The notes beneath the pieces are model-generated. The model worked only from the letters and a program-made list of their open reading frames with translations. It was not told where the DNA came from and searched no databases. Shown one piece after another: positions 54,459-64,000 of a stretch of 64,000 nucleotides of DNA (positions within the stretch are counted from its first letter, which is position 1; every line of letters begins with the position of its first letter). This stretch comes from Escherichia coli (GTDB taxonomy: Bacteria; Pseudomonadota; Gammaproteobacteria; Enterobacterales; Enterobacteriaceae). The DNA lies in NCBI RefSeq assembly GCF_001677475.2, contig NZ_CP015229.1; one strand, given 5' to 3'. The position numbers were made by a program, and so were the translations under genes.

Positions 54459-55916
54459 TTAATCGTTGCTCTCCTGTATCATATTTGTCGGCGTGCTAAA
54501 CAGATAACGGGCAGCAAAGGCCAATACCACGATGATCGCGACACAAGCCAACGTCCACTCTCCCATCTGAGAAAAGAATCGCTGGTAAGCTGCAATTGCC
54601 ATTCCGCTAATTTGCGACTCTGTCGTCTGCTGTGCCACGACGCCTGCCAGCCAGTTGGCGACCGCGCCTGTTGCCAGCATATAAATACCGGTTAATACGC
54701 CAGACATTTTCAGACGCGTGATTTGCGCAATCGCCACCGGGTCAATAAAGAGTTCGGCAAAGCCCATTAGCGCCAGCCCGGATATCATCACGCCCATTGA
54801 CGCTTGACCGTCAGCCGCTGCATGTCGGGCATCAAATGCCAGCAACATAAAGCCACAAGCCATCAGCAATAAGCCAAAGGCAAACCTCAGCCAGACGCGC
54901 AATGTTGAGTTGCCGTGGCTTTCTGGCGACGCCAGCCAGGCCAGAACAACCCCAGCGAGCATCACCGCAATTGCGTTCACTGACTGGAATAGTGCAGTAG
55001 GTACTTCAATATTGAATGCCTGACGATTCACAAAGCGATCGATAAACAAACTGATGGTACTGCCGCCCTGTTGTGCCAGTACCCAGAACAACGTCCCGAC
55101 AAACATCAACAATACAATTTGCCAAAGAGCACGGCGGTGTTCGGGGAATTTGATCATCATGCGGGCAATGATTTGTGCGGCAATGAGGCAAACGATCGCC
55201 AGCAAATATCCCGACCAGTCGTTCTCCAGCAGCAGGGTAAAAAATACTGGGGCTAAACAGAGCATCACCACTAACCAGCTCCATACTGGTAAGGCAAATT
55301 TCACGCTAGTGAGCGCTTTCTTATCCATACTACGCGTGGACTGGAAATGACGATGACCGCTTAAGAAAATCAACAAACCGATAAACATGCCGCCACCCGC
55401 AAGGGCAAAGCCAACATGCCATCCATACCACTGAGCAGCCAGGCCGCAGGCGATGGGGGCGGCGATAGAACCGATATTGCCCGCAGCATACAGCAGCGAA
55501 AAACCGCCATCACGTCGATGATCGTTCTCGTCGTAGAGCTCGCCAAGCAAACAGCTGATGTTTGATTTGAATAAACCGTAGCCACAAATAATGATTGCCA
55601 GCGCCAGATACAGGCTAAAGGTTGAATTTGTATCAATGCCCAGCACTACATGGCCAAGGGTCATTAACAGCGCGCCGGCAATTACCGCAGTACGATTGCC
55701 GAGCAGGCGGTCGGCAAGCCAGCCGCCGAGAATAGGGGTAACGTAAACCAGAGATGCATATGCGCTGAACAGGCTGATGGCATGGTTATCATCAAAACCA
55801 AGCTGATGGGTGAGATAGAGAATGAGCAAGGCACGCATGCCGTAAAAACTGAAGTACTCCCAGATTTGGATCGCCACGATATAGTATATCGCGCGCGGCT
55901 GTGAGGGTGTTTTCAT
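54459..55916 (-). CDS. dtpC: Dipeptide/tripeptide:proton symporter DtpC (YjdL), POT family
   Basis: 485-aa 14-[41 protein letters not shown]... Confidence 0.92.
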   Translation of the reverse strand: MKTPSQPRAIYYIVAIQIWEYFSFYGMRALLILYLTHQLGFDDNHAISLFSAYASLVYVTPILGGWLADRLLGNRTAVIAGALLMTLGHVVLGIDTNSTFSLYLALAIIICGYGLFKSNISCLLGELYDENDHRRDGGFSLLYAAGNIGSIAAPIACGLAAQWYGWHVGFALAGGGMFIGLLIFLSGHRHFQSTRSMDKKALTSVKFALPVWSWLVVMLCLAPVFFTLLLENDWSGYLLAIVCLIAAQIIARMMIKFPEHRRALWQIVLLMFVGTLFWVLAQQGGSTISLFIDRFVNRQAFNIEVPTALFQSVNAIAVMLAGVVLAWLASPESHGNSTLRVWLRFAFGLLLMACGFMLLAFDARHAAADGQASMGVMISGLALMGFAELFIDPVAIAQITRLKMSGVLTGIYMLATGAVANWLAGVVAQQTTESQISGMAIAAYQRFFSQMGEWTLACVAIIVVLAFAARYLFSTPTNMIQESND

Positions 55917-55931
55917 GTGTTCTCCTTATGA

Positions 55932-55963
55932 GCAAAAAAGGGAAGTGGCAAGCCACTTCCCTT
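55932..55963 (-). terminator. Rho-independent terminator of the cadBA operon
   Basis: aagggaagtgg-caag-ccacttccctt stem followed on the minus strand by TTTTTTGC. Confidence 0.8.
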
Positions 55964-55974
55964 GTACGAGCTAA

Positions 55975-58122
55975 TTATTTTTTGCTTTCTTCTTTCAATA
56001 CTTTAACGGTATAGCGGCCATCAGCCTGACGGTATGCACCGTGAATATCGGTTTCAAAGCCCGGATAGTGAGCGCCGATTTCACACAGCATCTGCAGGAA
56101 CTCCAGAACCGGACGGCTTTCTTCGGTGATCATTTCTCCCGGCATTACCAGAGGAACTCCCGGCGGATACGGAAGGATCATATTGGCGTTAATACGACCG
56201 ACCATTTCGTCGAGGTAAACTTCTTCGGTCATACCGTGCAGCTCTTTCTGGAACGCAGCATACGGAGTCATTACCATCGTCGGCAGCACTTCAAATGCGC
56301 GATACATCAGATCCGGCAGATTGTGGTGAACAATCAGTTTGTGGATATTCTGAGCCAGTTCCTGAATACGCATGTTTTCATAGAATTCAGGATCTTCACG
56401 ATACAGAGACGGCAGCATGTTTTTCACACGCAGGTTCAGGTCGAACGCACGTTTGAAGTCAGTCAGAGCACGCAGCAGGCTCAGTGCTTTGGTCTTATCG
56501 ATACCGATGCTGAACAGGAACAGCAGGTTATACGGACCGGTTTTCTCAACAACGATGCCATGTTCGTCGAGGTATTTCGCCACGATGCTGGCCGGAATAC
56601 CAAAGTCGCTCATGGTGCCGTCTTTTTCCATCCCCGGAGTCAGCAGGGTGACTTTGATCGGGTCAAGATACATGTGCTCGTTATCGATGTTTTTGAAGCC
56701 GTGCCAGGTGCTGTCAGAACGCAGCGGCCAGCATTCAGTCGTATCGATATGATCCGGCTGCCAAACATCAAAGAACCAGCCATCAGATTCCGTTCTCAGA
56801 CGTTTGATCTCTTTACGGAATTTGATCGCACGTTCAATGGAACCGTTGATCAGACGCTTACCAGCATTACCTTTCATCATCGCCGCTGCGGTTTCAGTGG
56901 ACGCCACGATACCGTAGTGCGGAGAAGTGGTGGTGTGCATCATGTAGGCTTCGTTAAAGGTTTCTTCGTTTACGTCACCTTTAACGTGGATCATGGAAGC
57001 CTGAGAGAACGCCGCCAGCAGTTTGTGAGTAGACTGGGTTTCGTAAATCACTTTCCCTTCTACACGGCCACCGCTCATACCGCATTTACCTTCGTAAATC
57101 GGTGAGAAGTTGGTGTAAGGCACCCACGCGGAGTCAAAGTGGATGGATTTCACATCCAGTGTTTTCTTGATGAAGTCGGTGTTGTACAGCAGACCATCAT
57201 AGGTAGAGTTGGTAATTACAGCATGTACCGGCCAGGTTGCGTTTGGTGTTTCTTTCACGCGCTTAGCAATGGTAGCGTGCTGGAATTCACTCTGTGGGAT
57301 ACCACCAAGAATACCGTAAGCGTTACGGGTCGGGCGGAAATAGATTGGCGTAACATCGCTCATCATCATCAGGTGGGTCAGCGATTTGTGGCAGTTACGG
57401 TCAATCAGAATGGTGCTGCCTGCCGGAGCAGAGTACATACCAACAATTTTGTTCGCAGTGGAAGTACCGTTGGTCACCATGTAGCTGCGGTCTGCGTTAA
57501 AGACGCGAGCGATATACTGTTCTGCTTCTTTGTGTGGACCACTGTGATCCAGCAGAGAACCCAGTTCAGATACTGAAATGGAAATATCAGATTTCATGGT
57601 GTTCGGACCAAAGAAATCATAGAACAGGCTACCTACCGGGCTTTTCTGGAATGCAGTACCGCCCATGTGACCAGGAGTACAGAAAGTATATTTACCTTCA
57701 CGAACATATTTAAACAGTGCTTTGGTCAGCGGAGGCAGAATAGTGTTGATATATTCGTCAGTGGTCTGCTTGATCTTGTTAGCAATATCTTCAGCAGCAC
57801 CCAGCGCATATTCAAAGAAGCTAATCTGTAAACGCAGGTCATTCAGGCTTACATCGAGAGTGGAATACGTATTAGCGAACGCGTACAACGGCAGGTTCTC
57901 GTTCATTTTGCTAATTTCTTCGCACAGCTCGAGATTATATTTATCCCAGTCAAAAATAACGCCGCACAGACGCGCATTGTTTTCGATCAGTTTTAATAAG
58001 TCGTCACGGTCGTTCGGGTAAACAATCTGGAAGTTCAGACGTTCAAGCGCGCGATGAAGTTCACGGATGGGTTCTTCTTTAAAATAAACCCCCATGTGAT
58101 TCAATATTGCAATAACGTTCAT
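55975..58122 (-). CDS. cadA: Inducible lysine decarboxylase
   Basis: 715 aa from the ATG at 58122 (MNVIAILNHMGVYFKEEPIRELH...); PLP-lysine motif YETQSTHKLL; ORF-track start at 58161 is an extension. Confidence 0.95.
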   Translation of the reverse strand: MNVIAILNHMGVYFKEEPIRELHRALERLNFQIVYPNDRDDLLKLIENNARLCGVIFDWDKYNLELCEEISKMNENLPLYAFANTYSTLDVSLNDLRLQISFFEYALGAAEDIANKIKQTTDEYINTILPPLTKALFKYVREGKYTFCTPGHMGGTAFQKSPVGSLFYDFFGPNTMKSDISISVSELGSLLDHSGPHKEAEQYIARVFNADRSYMVTNGTSTANKIVGMYSAPAGSTILIDRNCHKSLTHLMMMSDVTPIYFRPTRNAYGILGGIPQSEFQHATIAKRVKETPNATWPVHAVITNSTYDGLLYNTDFIKKTLDVKSIHFDSAWVPYTNFSPIYEGKCGMSGGRVEGKVIYETQSTHKLLAAFSQASMIHVKGDVNEETFNEAYMMHTTTSPHYGIVASTETAAAMMKGNAGKRLINGSIERAIKFRKEIKRLRTESDGWFFDVWQPDHIDTTECWPLRSDSTWHGFKNIDNEHMYLDPIKVTLLTPGMEKDGTMSDFGIPASIVAKYLDEHGIVVEKTGPYNLLFLFSIGIDKTKALSLLRALTDFKRAFDLNLRVKNMLPSLYREDPEFYENMRIQELAQNIHKLIVHHNLPDLMYRAFEVLPTMVMTPYAAFQKELHGMTEEVYLDEMVGRINANMILPYPPGVPLVMPGEMITEESRPVLEFLQMLCEIGAHYPGFETDIHGAYRQADGRYTVKVLKEESKK

Positions 58123-58201
58123 AGTCATATCTCCAGGTAAAAAAGGCCCCTCCCAACACATGGGACAAAATGAAAGGAGGAGCCTCGGAAAATACTTTTA
58201 A

Positions 58202-59536
58202 TTAATGTGCGTTAGACGCTGTGTGGTTATCCATTGAGTGACTCTGGCGCTCGTGCATTTTGCGAGCGTAGAACATCAGGATAATCAGGCTGACGATGAA
58301 GGTACCTGCCAGCTCGAAGGAGCTTGCGCCCATTAGCGCGATGAAGCAGAACACGCAACCCAGTACAGAGCAGATCAGGCTGACAAAGTTGCGGATGTTA
58401 ACGCCTTCAAAACGAATCAGGTCAACGCAAGAGTAGAAGTACGGCAGCATAGTCAGCAGTACTGCGATACCGGTCAGTTCACCGAACAGGTCAGATGCTT
58501 TACCACCGGCAGAGTTCATCAGAGTGATGAGGATCATCAGGGCAGTCATTTTCACTGCAGCCAGCAGCAGACCTTTTTTCGGAATACCGTTGCTGTCGAC
58601 TTCACCATAAACTTTCGGGAAGTTACCGTCGTTAGCGGCACGTACACCTGCCTGGCCTACCAACATCATCCAGGAGCCCAGAGAAGTCAGGCACGCAAAG
58701 GCGGTGAATGCAGAAACCAGCGGCGCAGCCCAGTTACCGAGGATAGTTGAAGCACTGATTGCAAACGGAGCACCGGAAGCCGCCATTACAGAAGACGGAT
58801 ACATACCGGAAAGCACCTGAGTCGCAGCGATGTAAACAATACCTGCTAAACCAGTACCCAGCATGGTTGCCAGCGGAACGGTACGTTTCGGGTTTTTAAC
58901 CATACCAGTACTTACAGCTGCGGATTCAACACCCACGAAGGCCCACAGGCAGAGCAGAATACTTTTAATGATCGCATGACCATCGGTGGTATCCGCAGTA
59001 TTCCAGTTAGCAGCATAAGTCGCAGCATCAAACCAATGCCAGCCAACAATAGCTGTCATAACCACAGGAATAAGAACCAGCACCAGACCAATAGTGGTTA
59101 AACGGCTTACCCAGGTACCGCCGAGCATATTTACAAAGGTAAATACCCAGACGATAGCAATACAGGCGATACCCGCCGGAACAGGATCATTTAATACTGG
59201 GAAGAAGGTGGAAAGATAAGATACAGCGGTAATACCAATCGCCAGGTTACCAATCCAGTTAGCATGGTAATAAAGAACACCTGTCTGAAAACCAAATGCA
59301 GGAGAAATTTCTCCGGCATAAGCAATTGGGCCACCTTGTTGCGGGTTTTTTGTTGCCAGTCGGGCATATACATACGCCAGCGACATTGCACCAATAATAG
59401 AGATAATCCAACCCCAGATAGCAATACCACCGATACTTGCTAGGTTCGCAGGTAATAATGCAATACCGCTCCCCATCATATTACCGGCAACAACACCGGT
59501 ACAGGCAAATAGCCCGATCTTCTTGGCAGAACTCAT
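58202..59536 (-). CDS. cadB: Lysine:cadaverine antiporter (APC family)
   Basis: 444-aa ORF MSSAKKIGLFACTGVVAGNMMGSGIALLPANLA... Confidence 0.95.
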   Translation of the reverse strand: MSSAKKIGLFACTGVVAGNMMGSGIALLPANLASIGGIAIWGWIISIIGAMSLAYVYARLATKNPQQGGPIAYAGEISPAFGFQTGVLYYHANWIGNLAIGITAVSYLSTFFPVLNDPVPAGIACIAIVWVFTFVNMLGGTWVSRLTTIGLVLVLIPVVMTAIVGWHWFDAATYAANWNTADTTDGHAIIKSILLCLWAFVGVESAAVSTGMVKNPKRTVPLATMLGTGLAGIVYIAATQVLSGMYPSSVMAASGAPFAISASTILGNWAAPLVSAFTAFACLTSLGSWMMLVGQAGVRAANDGNFPKVYGEVDSNGIPKKGLLLAAVKMTALMILITLMNSAGGKASDLFGELTGIAVLLTMLPYFYSCVDLIRFEGVNIRNFVSLICSVLGCVFCFIALMGASSFELAGTFIVSLIILMFYARKMHERQSHSMDNHTASNAH

Positions 59537-59901
59537 GCTCTTCTCCTAATTTCATTTTTGAATTTGGAGTCCGGGTCATGATGTATAACTATTTCCTGAC
59601 CAGACCAAACTGGCGCTAAGATTACTCACGAAAAAAGGATTAATCCTAAAGATTAGGTGAAATAACACAAAAGTTTCTGTAAGTGAGAACTTGAGGTTTT
59701 TTATTAACACATCAGGATCGCAAGTTGATATCATGAAAAGATAAACATTCAATGTTTACAATAGATTGCGTGACGTCTTCTGGTTAAATTTATGTAATAA
59801 AAATTATGCGGCAAATAAATTGCCGCAACATATTATACCAATAAAAACATACAAAAACTCAACAACAAATATTCCCGGGCATGAATCAACCCGGGATTTG
59901 C
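59537..59901 (-). promoter_or_regulatory. Pcad promoter/operator region
   Basis: 365-bp AT-rich spacer between the cadC stop and cadB start; known to hold the CadC binding sites and H-NS-bound DNA. Site boundaries not resolved. Confidence 0.55.
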
Positions 59902-61440
59902 TTATTCTGAAGCGAGAAATTTGTCGAGATAAGGTACAACATAAGGAACAGAAGTCTGGAATATACCATTTTCAATCCAGTAAAGGGTGTTTGCCCCTGG
60001 GCGTAAATTAAAGGCGGTGAGATATGCATCAGCTGCTTCCCGGTTCATCCCCTTCATTTCATAAACCTTGCCAAGCAACACATAATTTAGCCAGGACATT
60101 TCAAGATCAATGCCAGTATTTATCGCCTGGTAAGACTCATCTGTTTTACCTTTTACCAGAGCACTGACCGCTTTTATTTGATATATAATGGACAGGTTAT
60201 TCAATTCCGGTAGTGTAACAATGTTATTTATTTCTGTGTTCAGTGCTGCTAATTGTTTTTCATCCAAAGGATGTTGAGAATGGCGCACGATATCAACTAA
60301 TGCTTTTTCTGCTCTCGCGTAGGTAAATTCTGGGGATGATTGAACAATCTCACCTAATAATTCACTGGCACGATTCAATGATTTATCATCGCCATGCAGT
60401 AAATAATCATGTGCCTGATAAAAATTAGTTAATAACGCACCACGATGAGGCAAAATTTGCTGGAGCATCTCCTGCATTCGTTGTGGCCACGGTTGGTTTA
60501 ACGCTTTTGATAAACTCTCCAGTAAATCATTTTGAATCGCCAGCTGATTACCGTTAGTGATGACATAACGTTTATCCAGCATGGTTGAACCATCTGCATT
60601 GTCTACCAATTTTACCGACATAAAGCATTGTTGAGCACGGTATTGGCGCTGATTAACAAACGCAATAGATAATGTTTTACCGGAACTGCTCGGTTCATCA
60701 ATGTTGTAGTTGATTTTGTCATGCACCATAAAGGTGGAGAAGGTGTTAAGTGATGTCGCCACCAAATCACCCACACCTATCGCGTAAGAGAGCTGATATG
60801 GGGAACTCCAGCTGTTACAACTCTTATTCACCATATTAATGTCAATATCGCGTGGATTGAGCAAAATACGCGATTTGCTCATCGGAAGACGTGTATCAAG
60901 ACTTGAAAACGCTACCAGTGCTACACAGATACCTAACGACAACAGGAAAAAAAACCATACCCAAAAGGTAGTGAATCGTTTGCTTTTAACTGGGGATTGT
61001 TCAGGTGGCGTTGCGGTGTTTTGAATGTTAAGACTGTGGGAGGGAGAATCTGTGGCAGGAACCGCCTCTGGTATAGGGGGAGGCGAAGATAGCATTATTT
61101 CCTCTCCCTCTTCTTCGCTGTACCAGATAACCGGCACCATTAATTTATAGCCGCGCTTTGGTACAGTAGCGATATAGACAGGACTATCTTCATCATTATC
61201 TTTTAATGACTTACGTAGTTCTGAGATACTCTGCGTCACAACGTGATTGGTGACAATACTTCTCTTCCAGACATTATCGATAAGTTCATCCCTGCTAAGT
61301 ACTTCGCCACTGTGTTGAGCAAAGAAAACCAGAAGATCGATTAATCTCGGCTCAAGGGTAAGTTGACGCCCATTGCGGCTAATTTGGTTTATGGACGGAG
61401 TAACAAGCCATTCGCCAACGCGAACTACAGGTTGTTGCAT
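59902..61440 (-). CDS. cadC: Membrane-integrated ToxR-like transcriptional activator CadC
   Basis: 512-aa ORF MQQPVVRVGEWLVTPSINQISRNGRQLTLEPRLIDLL...; winged-helix N-terminus, one TM helix, periplasmic sensor. Confidence 0.95.
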   Translation of the reverse strand: MQQPVVRVGEWLVTPSINQISRNGRQLTLEPRLIDLLVFFAQHSGEVLSRDELIDNVWKRSIVTNHVVTQSISELRKSLKDNDEDSPVYIATVPKRGYKLMVPVIWYSEEEGEEIMLSSPPPIPEAVPATDSPSHSLNIQNTATPPEQSPVKSKRFTTFWVWFFFLLSLGICVALVAFSSLDTRLPMSKSRILLNPRDIDINMVNKSCNSWSSPYQLSYAIGVGDLVATSLNTFSTFMVHDKINYNIDEPSSSGKTLSIAFVNQRQYRAQQCFMSVKLVDNADGSTMLDKRYVITNGNQLAIQNDLLESLSKALNQPWPQRMQEMLQQILPHRGALLTNFYQAHDYLLHGDDKSLNRASELLGEIVQSSPEFTYARAEKALVDIVRHSQHPLDEKQLAALNTEINNIVTLPELNNLSIIYQIKAVSALVKGKTDESYQAINTGIDLEMSWLNYVLLGKVYEMKGMNREAADAYLTAFNLRPGANTLYWIENGIFQTSVPYVVPYLDKFLASE

Positions 61441-62020
61441 AATAGAAACTCATTCGAAAAGGGAATGATGCAATGATAATTGCCACAACCTATTTTTACC
61501 ATCTATAGATGGGTTTATTTACATATTATTGGTGAATGCAAGACGTTATTTTTACCAGCGATAAACTTCTTGATTACATAGTATTACGAAAGGATTTTAC
61601 TGAGAACCAGAAGTAATATTCCTTACCATCAAAATTCATCATCTTTGCCAAAGAAAAATGTTCAGAAAATAATCCATGGAAAATTGTCCGGAGCGCTTAC
61701 TATTTTAATGGATTGTTAGTCTTTGCATGAGCAAGCGGACTGATAAATTTCTCTTTGTTCTCATTCAGAAAATCTCATCAGTCGCCGTTCAGACCGGTGT
61801 TGTGCTTTATGGATGCGTTACGCTCCTGATGACGTCATTTGACGTTCAACAGCATCACGGGGCCGCACGACATTTCACGTCAGTCAGTGCTATCGCTCAG
61901 GAACACATTTCCCCGAATTGGGATCTACCCGCAAAATGCTGGTGATGTGGGGAGAATCTGGTTGAGTTCGGTAGAATTGATTTGTAGGCAGAACGCTTAA
62001 ATCGTGGCGTCCTGAAACGA

Positions 62021-62048
62021 AAAACGGACCTCCGTGGAGGTCCGTTTA
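62021..62048 (-). terminator. Rho-independent terminator of pheU
   Basis: cggacctcc-gtgg-aggtccg hairpin directly 3' of the tRNA, followed by a T-run on the minus strand. Confidence 0.8.
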
Positions 62049-62056
62049 TATGAATT

Positions 62057-62132
62057 TGGTGCCCGGACTCGGAATCGAACCAAGGACACGGGGATTTTCA
62101 ATCCCCTGCTCTACCGACTGAGCTATCCGGGC
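62057..62132 (-). tRNA. pheU: tRNA-Phe (anticodon GAA)
   Basis: Reverse complement GCCCGGATAGCTCAGTCGGTAGAGCAGGGGATTGAAAATCCCCGTGTCCTTGGTTCGATTCCGAGTCCGGGCACCA: 76 nt, anticodon loop ATTGAAAAT, TPsiC GGTTCGATTCC, encoded CCA. Confidence 0.97.
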
Positions 62133-62238
62133 AACGGGGCGCATTAAACCGTAATCTGCACATCTCGTCAACCTAATTTCAGTAAAAGCGATTCAACTGC
62201 TTAAGATTGCGGCAAATCGCTACTTTTCTGTGTTTCTG

Positions 62239-62814
62239 TCAGGTCAGTGCGCCACCCTGGCGGCAGCGAGCGAAGCGCAGGATATCTTCTGCCAGCCGAT
62301 GTGCGGTGTCGACATCCGCCTGGCTACGATTCACCAGCATTCGGCTTAAACAGCCTTCCAGCACCAGTTCCATCTGCTTTGCTACCATCGCCGGATCGTC
62401 AACTTCCAGCGTGGTTAACAGTTCGTGGGTGAAATCGTAGGCCGCGCTTTTTTGCTGATCGGCCAGTTGATGAATAGGGTGGCCAGGATCGGGATAAAAC
62501 GTACAGGCAGCGATAAATAGACAGCCCGGATAGCGGTTGTTTTTAACGCACTCCGATAACGCCTGATAACGTGCCAGCAGCTTTTGTTCGGCGGTTTGCG
62601 TTTCGTCCAGCATCAGCTGACGACGCCAGACATCTATCTGTTGGCTAAGATAACGCAGCGCATCGTAGAGGATTGCCTCTTTGTCTGGCCAGAAGCGGCG
62701 CAGCTCGTCCAGTGGATAATCCACACGTTCAGCAACCATCTCCAGCGTGGTGTTGGCAATCCCTTGTAATTCTAATAATTTCAGGGCTTCTCCCAGTACA
62801 TCTTCACGTTGCAC
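62239..62814 (-). CDS. yjdC: TetR-family transcriptional regulator YjdC
   Basis: ORF 62239..62838 with N-terminal TetR HTH; likely GTG start giving 191 aa; start uncertain by 8 codons. Confidence 0.8.
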
Positions 62815-62850
62815 GCTATTTTCCTCCGTCTTTCCCACTGCAAGTGTCGT

Positions 62851-64000
62851 TCACGGTTGGCGATCGCGCAAATGTGCGCTGAAGGTTTCAGCATCCATAA
62901 AGCCCGTGACGCGTGCTTGTGGATGCTCCTGGCTTTGTCCGTCAAAAAAGAGAATTGTCGGTAGGCCAAGGACATTAAGATGCTTTAACAGCGCCACATC
63001 TTGTGCGTCGTTAGCAGTGACGTTGGCCTGAAGTAAGACCGTGTCTGCTAACGCTTTTTGCACCTGCGGGTCGCTGAAGGTGTATTTCTCAAACTCTTTA
63101 CAGGCGACGCACCAGTCGGCATAAAGATCTAACATCACCGGTTTGCCTTTGGCTTCAACGAGCGCCTGATTTAACTCATCTACCGTTTTGATTTGTGTAA
63201 AGTTGAGATGCGTCTGAGTTTGCGCGGTATGCGTCGCACCAAATGCCCAATCCTGAAGTGGGCGCACGCTAACCAATGCCGCTGCAAGCAGGATTATTTG
63301 CACCACGCGCATCCAGCCGCGTTTGGCCTGTAGGCTGGTGATAAAGGCCCAGCCAAAGAATGCGACACCCAGCGCCGACCACAAGCGTAATCCCCATATA
63401 TCACCAATCACTCGCTCCAGCAGGAAGACCGGCAGTGCGAGGATCACAAAACCAAACGCGGTTTTGACTTGTTCCATCCACGGGCCGCTTTTCGGCAGCA
63501 GGCGGTTACCAAAGACGGTTATTAGCATCAGCGGCAGGCCCATGCCCAACGCATAGAGATAAAGCGTGCCGCCCCCCAGCCACATGTTCCCGCTTTGGGC
63601 GATATACAACAGAATCGCGCTAAGCGGTGCGGTGGTGCATGGTGAACAGATCAGTCCGGCAATCGCTCCCATAACAAACACACCGCCAGGTGAGCCGCCC
63701 TGTTGGCGATTGCTCATCAGCGTGAGACGGGTTTGCAGCGAAGAGGGGAGTTGCAGAGTAAACAAGCCAAACATTGACATCGCCAGCAAGGTAAAGACGA
63801 TAGCGAGGCCAATGAGCACGTATGGGTGCTGTAGCGCCGCCTGGAACTGTAACCCTGCGGCGGCAACCACCAGACCCAGCGCCGTGTAAGTCAGCGCCAT
63901 CCCCTGCACATAAATAAAGGTCAGCAACAATGCTCTGGCAGTGGAAAGCCGCTGTTTACCGCCCAGCACGATGCCAGAAATCAGTGGGTACATTGGCAGC
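62851..64000 (-). CDS. dsbD: Thiol:disulfide interchange protein DsbD (DipZ), C-terminal part; 5' end beyond the window
   Basis: Frame open to the window edge; TM core and C-terminal thioredoxin-like domain with WCVAC motif. Confidence 0.9.
   Translation of the reverse strand, partial: LPMYPLISGIVLGGKQRLSTARALLLTFIYVQGMALTYTALGLVVAAAGLQFQAALQHPYVLIGLAIVFTLLAMSMFGLFTLQLPSSLQTRLTLMSNRQQGGSPGGVFVMGAIAGLICSPCTTAPLSAILLYIAQSGNMWLGGGTLYLYALGMGLPLMLITVFGNRLLPKSGPWMEQVKTAFGFVILALPVFLLERVIGDIWGLRLWSALGVAFFGWAFITSLQAKRGWMRVVQIILLAAALVSVRPLQDWAFGATHTAQTQTHLNFTQIKTVDELNQALVEAKGKPVMLDLYADWCVACKEFEKYTFSDPQVQKALADTVLLQANVTANDAQDVALLKHLNVLGLPTILFFDGQSQEHPQARVTGFMDAETFSAHLRDRQP

Noticed and set aside
56041-57105. 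354-aa plus-strand ORF
   Set aside because: Antisense to cadA.
61727-61945. 72-aa ORF next to pheU as a possible integrase fragment or small gene
   Set aside because: No recognisable integrase motifs on reading the translation, no convincing ribosome-binding site; kept only as a low-confidence note.
1-64000. Search for insertion sequences, transposases, integrases, phage genes or a defence/novel system
   Set aside because: Every ORF of 60 aa or more is either a recognisable core E. coli gene or antisense to one; no terminal inverted repeats, target-site duplications or compositionally foreign block large enough to hide a system were found.

Overview
This window reads as a contiguous stretch of Escherichia coli core chromosome (the K-12 92–94 min region); I found no mobile element, prophage, CRISPR array or unfamiliar gene cluster, so no previously undescribed system is supported. 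All calls rest on reading the six-frame translations and recalling known E. coli proteins; no database search was run. Gene order is nrfE'(partial)-nrfF-nrfG, gltP, yjcO, fdhF, mdtPON-ytcA, yjcS, an rpiB remnant, yjdP, the complete phnPONMLKJIHGFEDC C-P lyase operon, yjdN, yjdM, crfC-yjcZ, proP, pmrR, basSR-eptA, adiC-adiY-adiA, melR/melAB, yjdF, fumB, dcuB, dcuRS, yjdI, yjdJ, ghoST, lysU, dtpC, cadBA-cadC, tRNA-Phe (pheU), yjdC and dsbD'(partial). The ORF track misses or mis-splits three things: fdhF is one selenoprotein gene with an in-frame UGA, and the small genes ghoT (57 aa) and pmrR (29 aa) fall below its length cutoff. Relative to K-12 as I recall it, the D-allose operon (alsRBACEK) is absent and only a decayed rpiB fragment remains between yjcS and yjdP, while phnE is an intact 259-aa frame. 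The more interesting observations are regulatory and structural: the fdhF recoding site, the pmrR PmrA box with a hairpin over its ribosome-binding site, tandem GC-rich hairpins in the phnD-phnE spacer, several perfect inverted repeats in intergenic regions, and the CadC polyproline motif.
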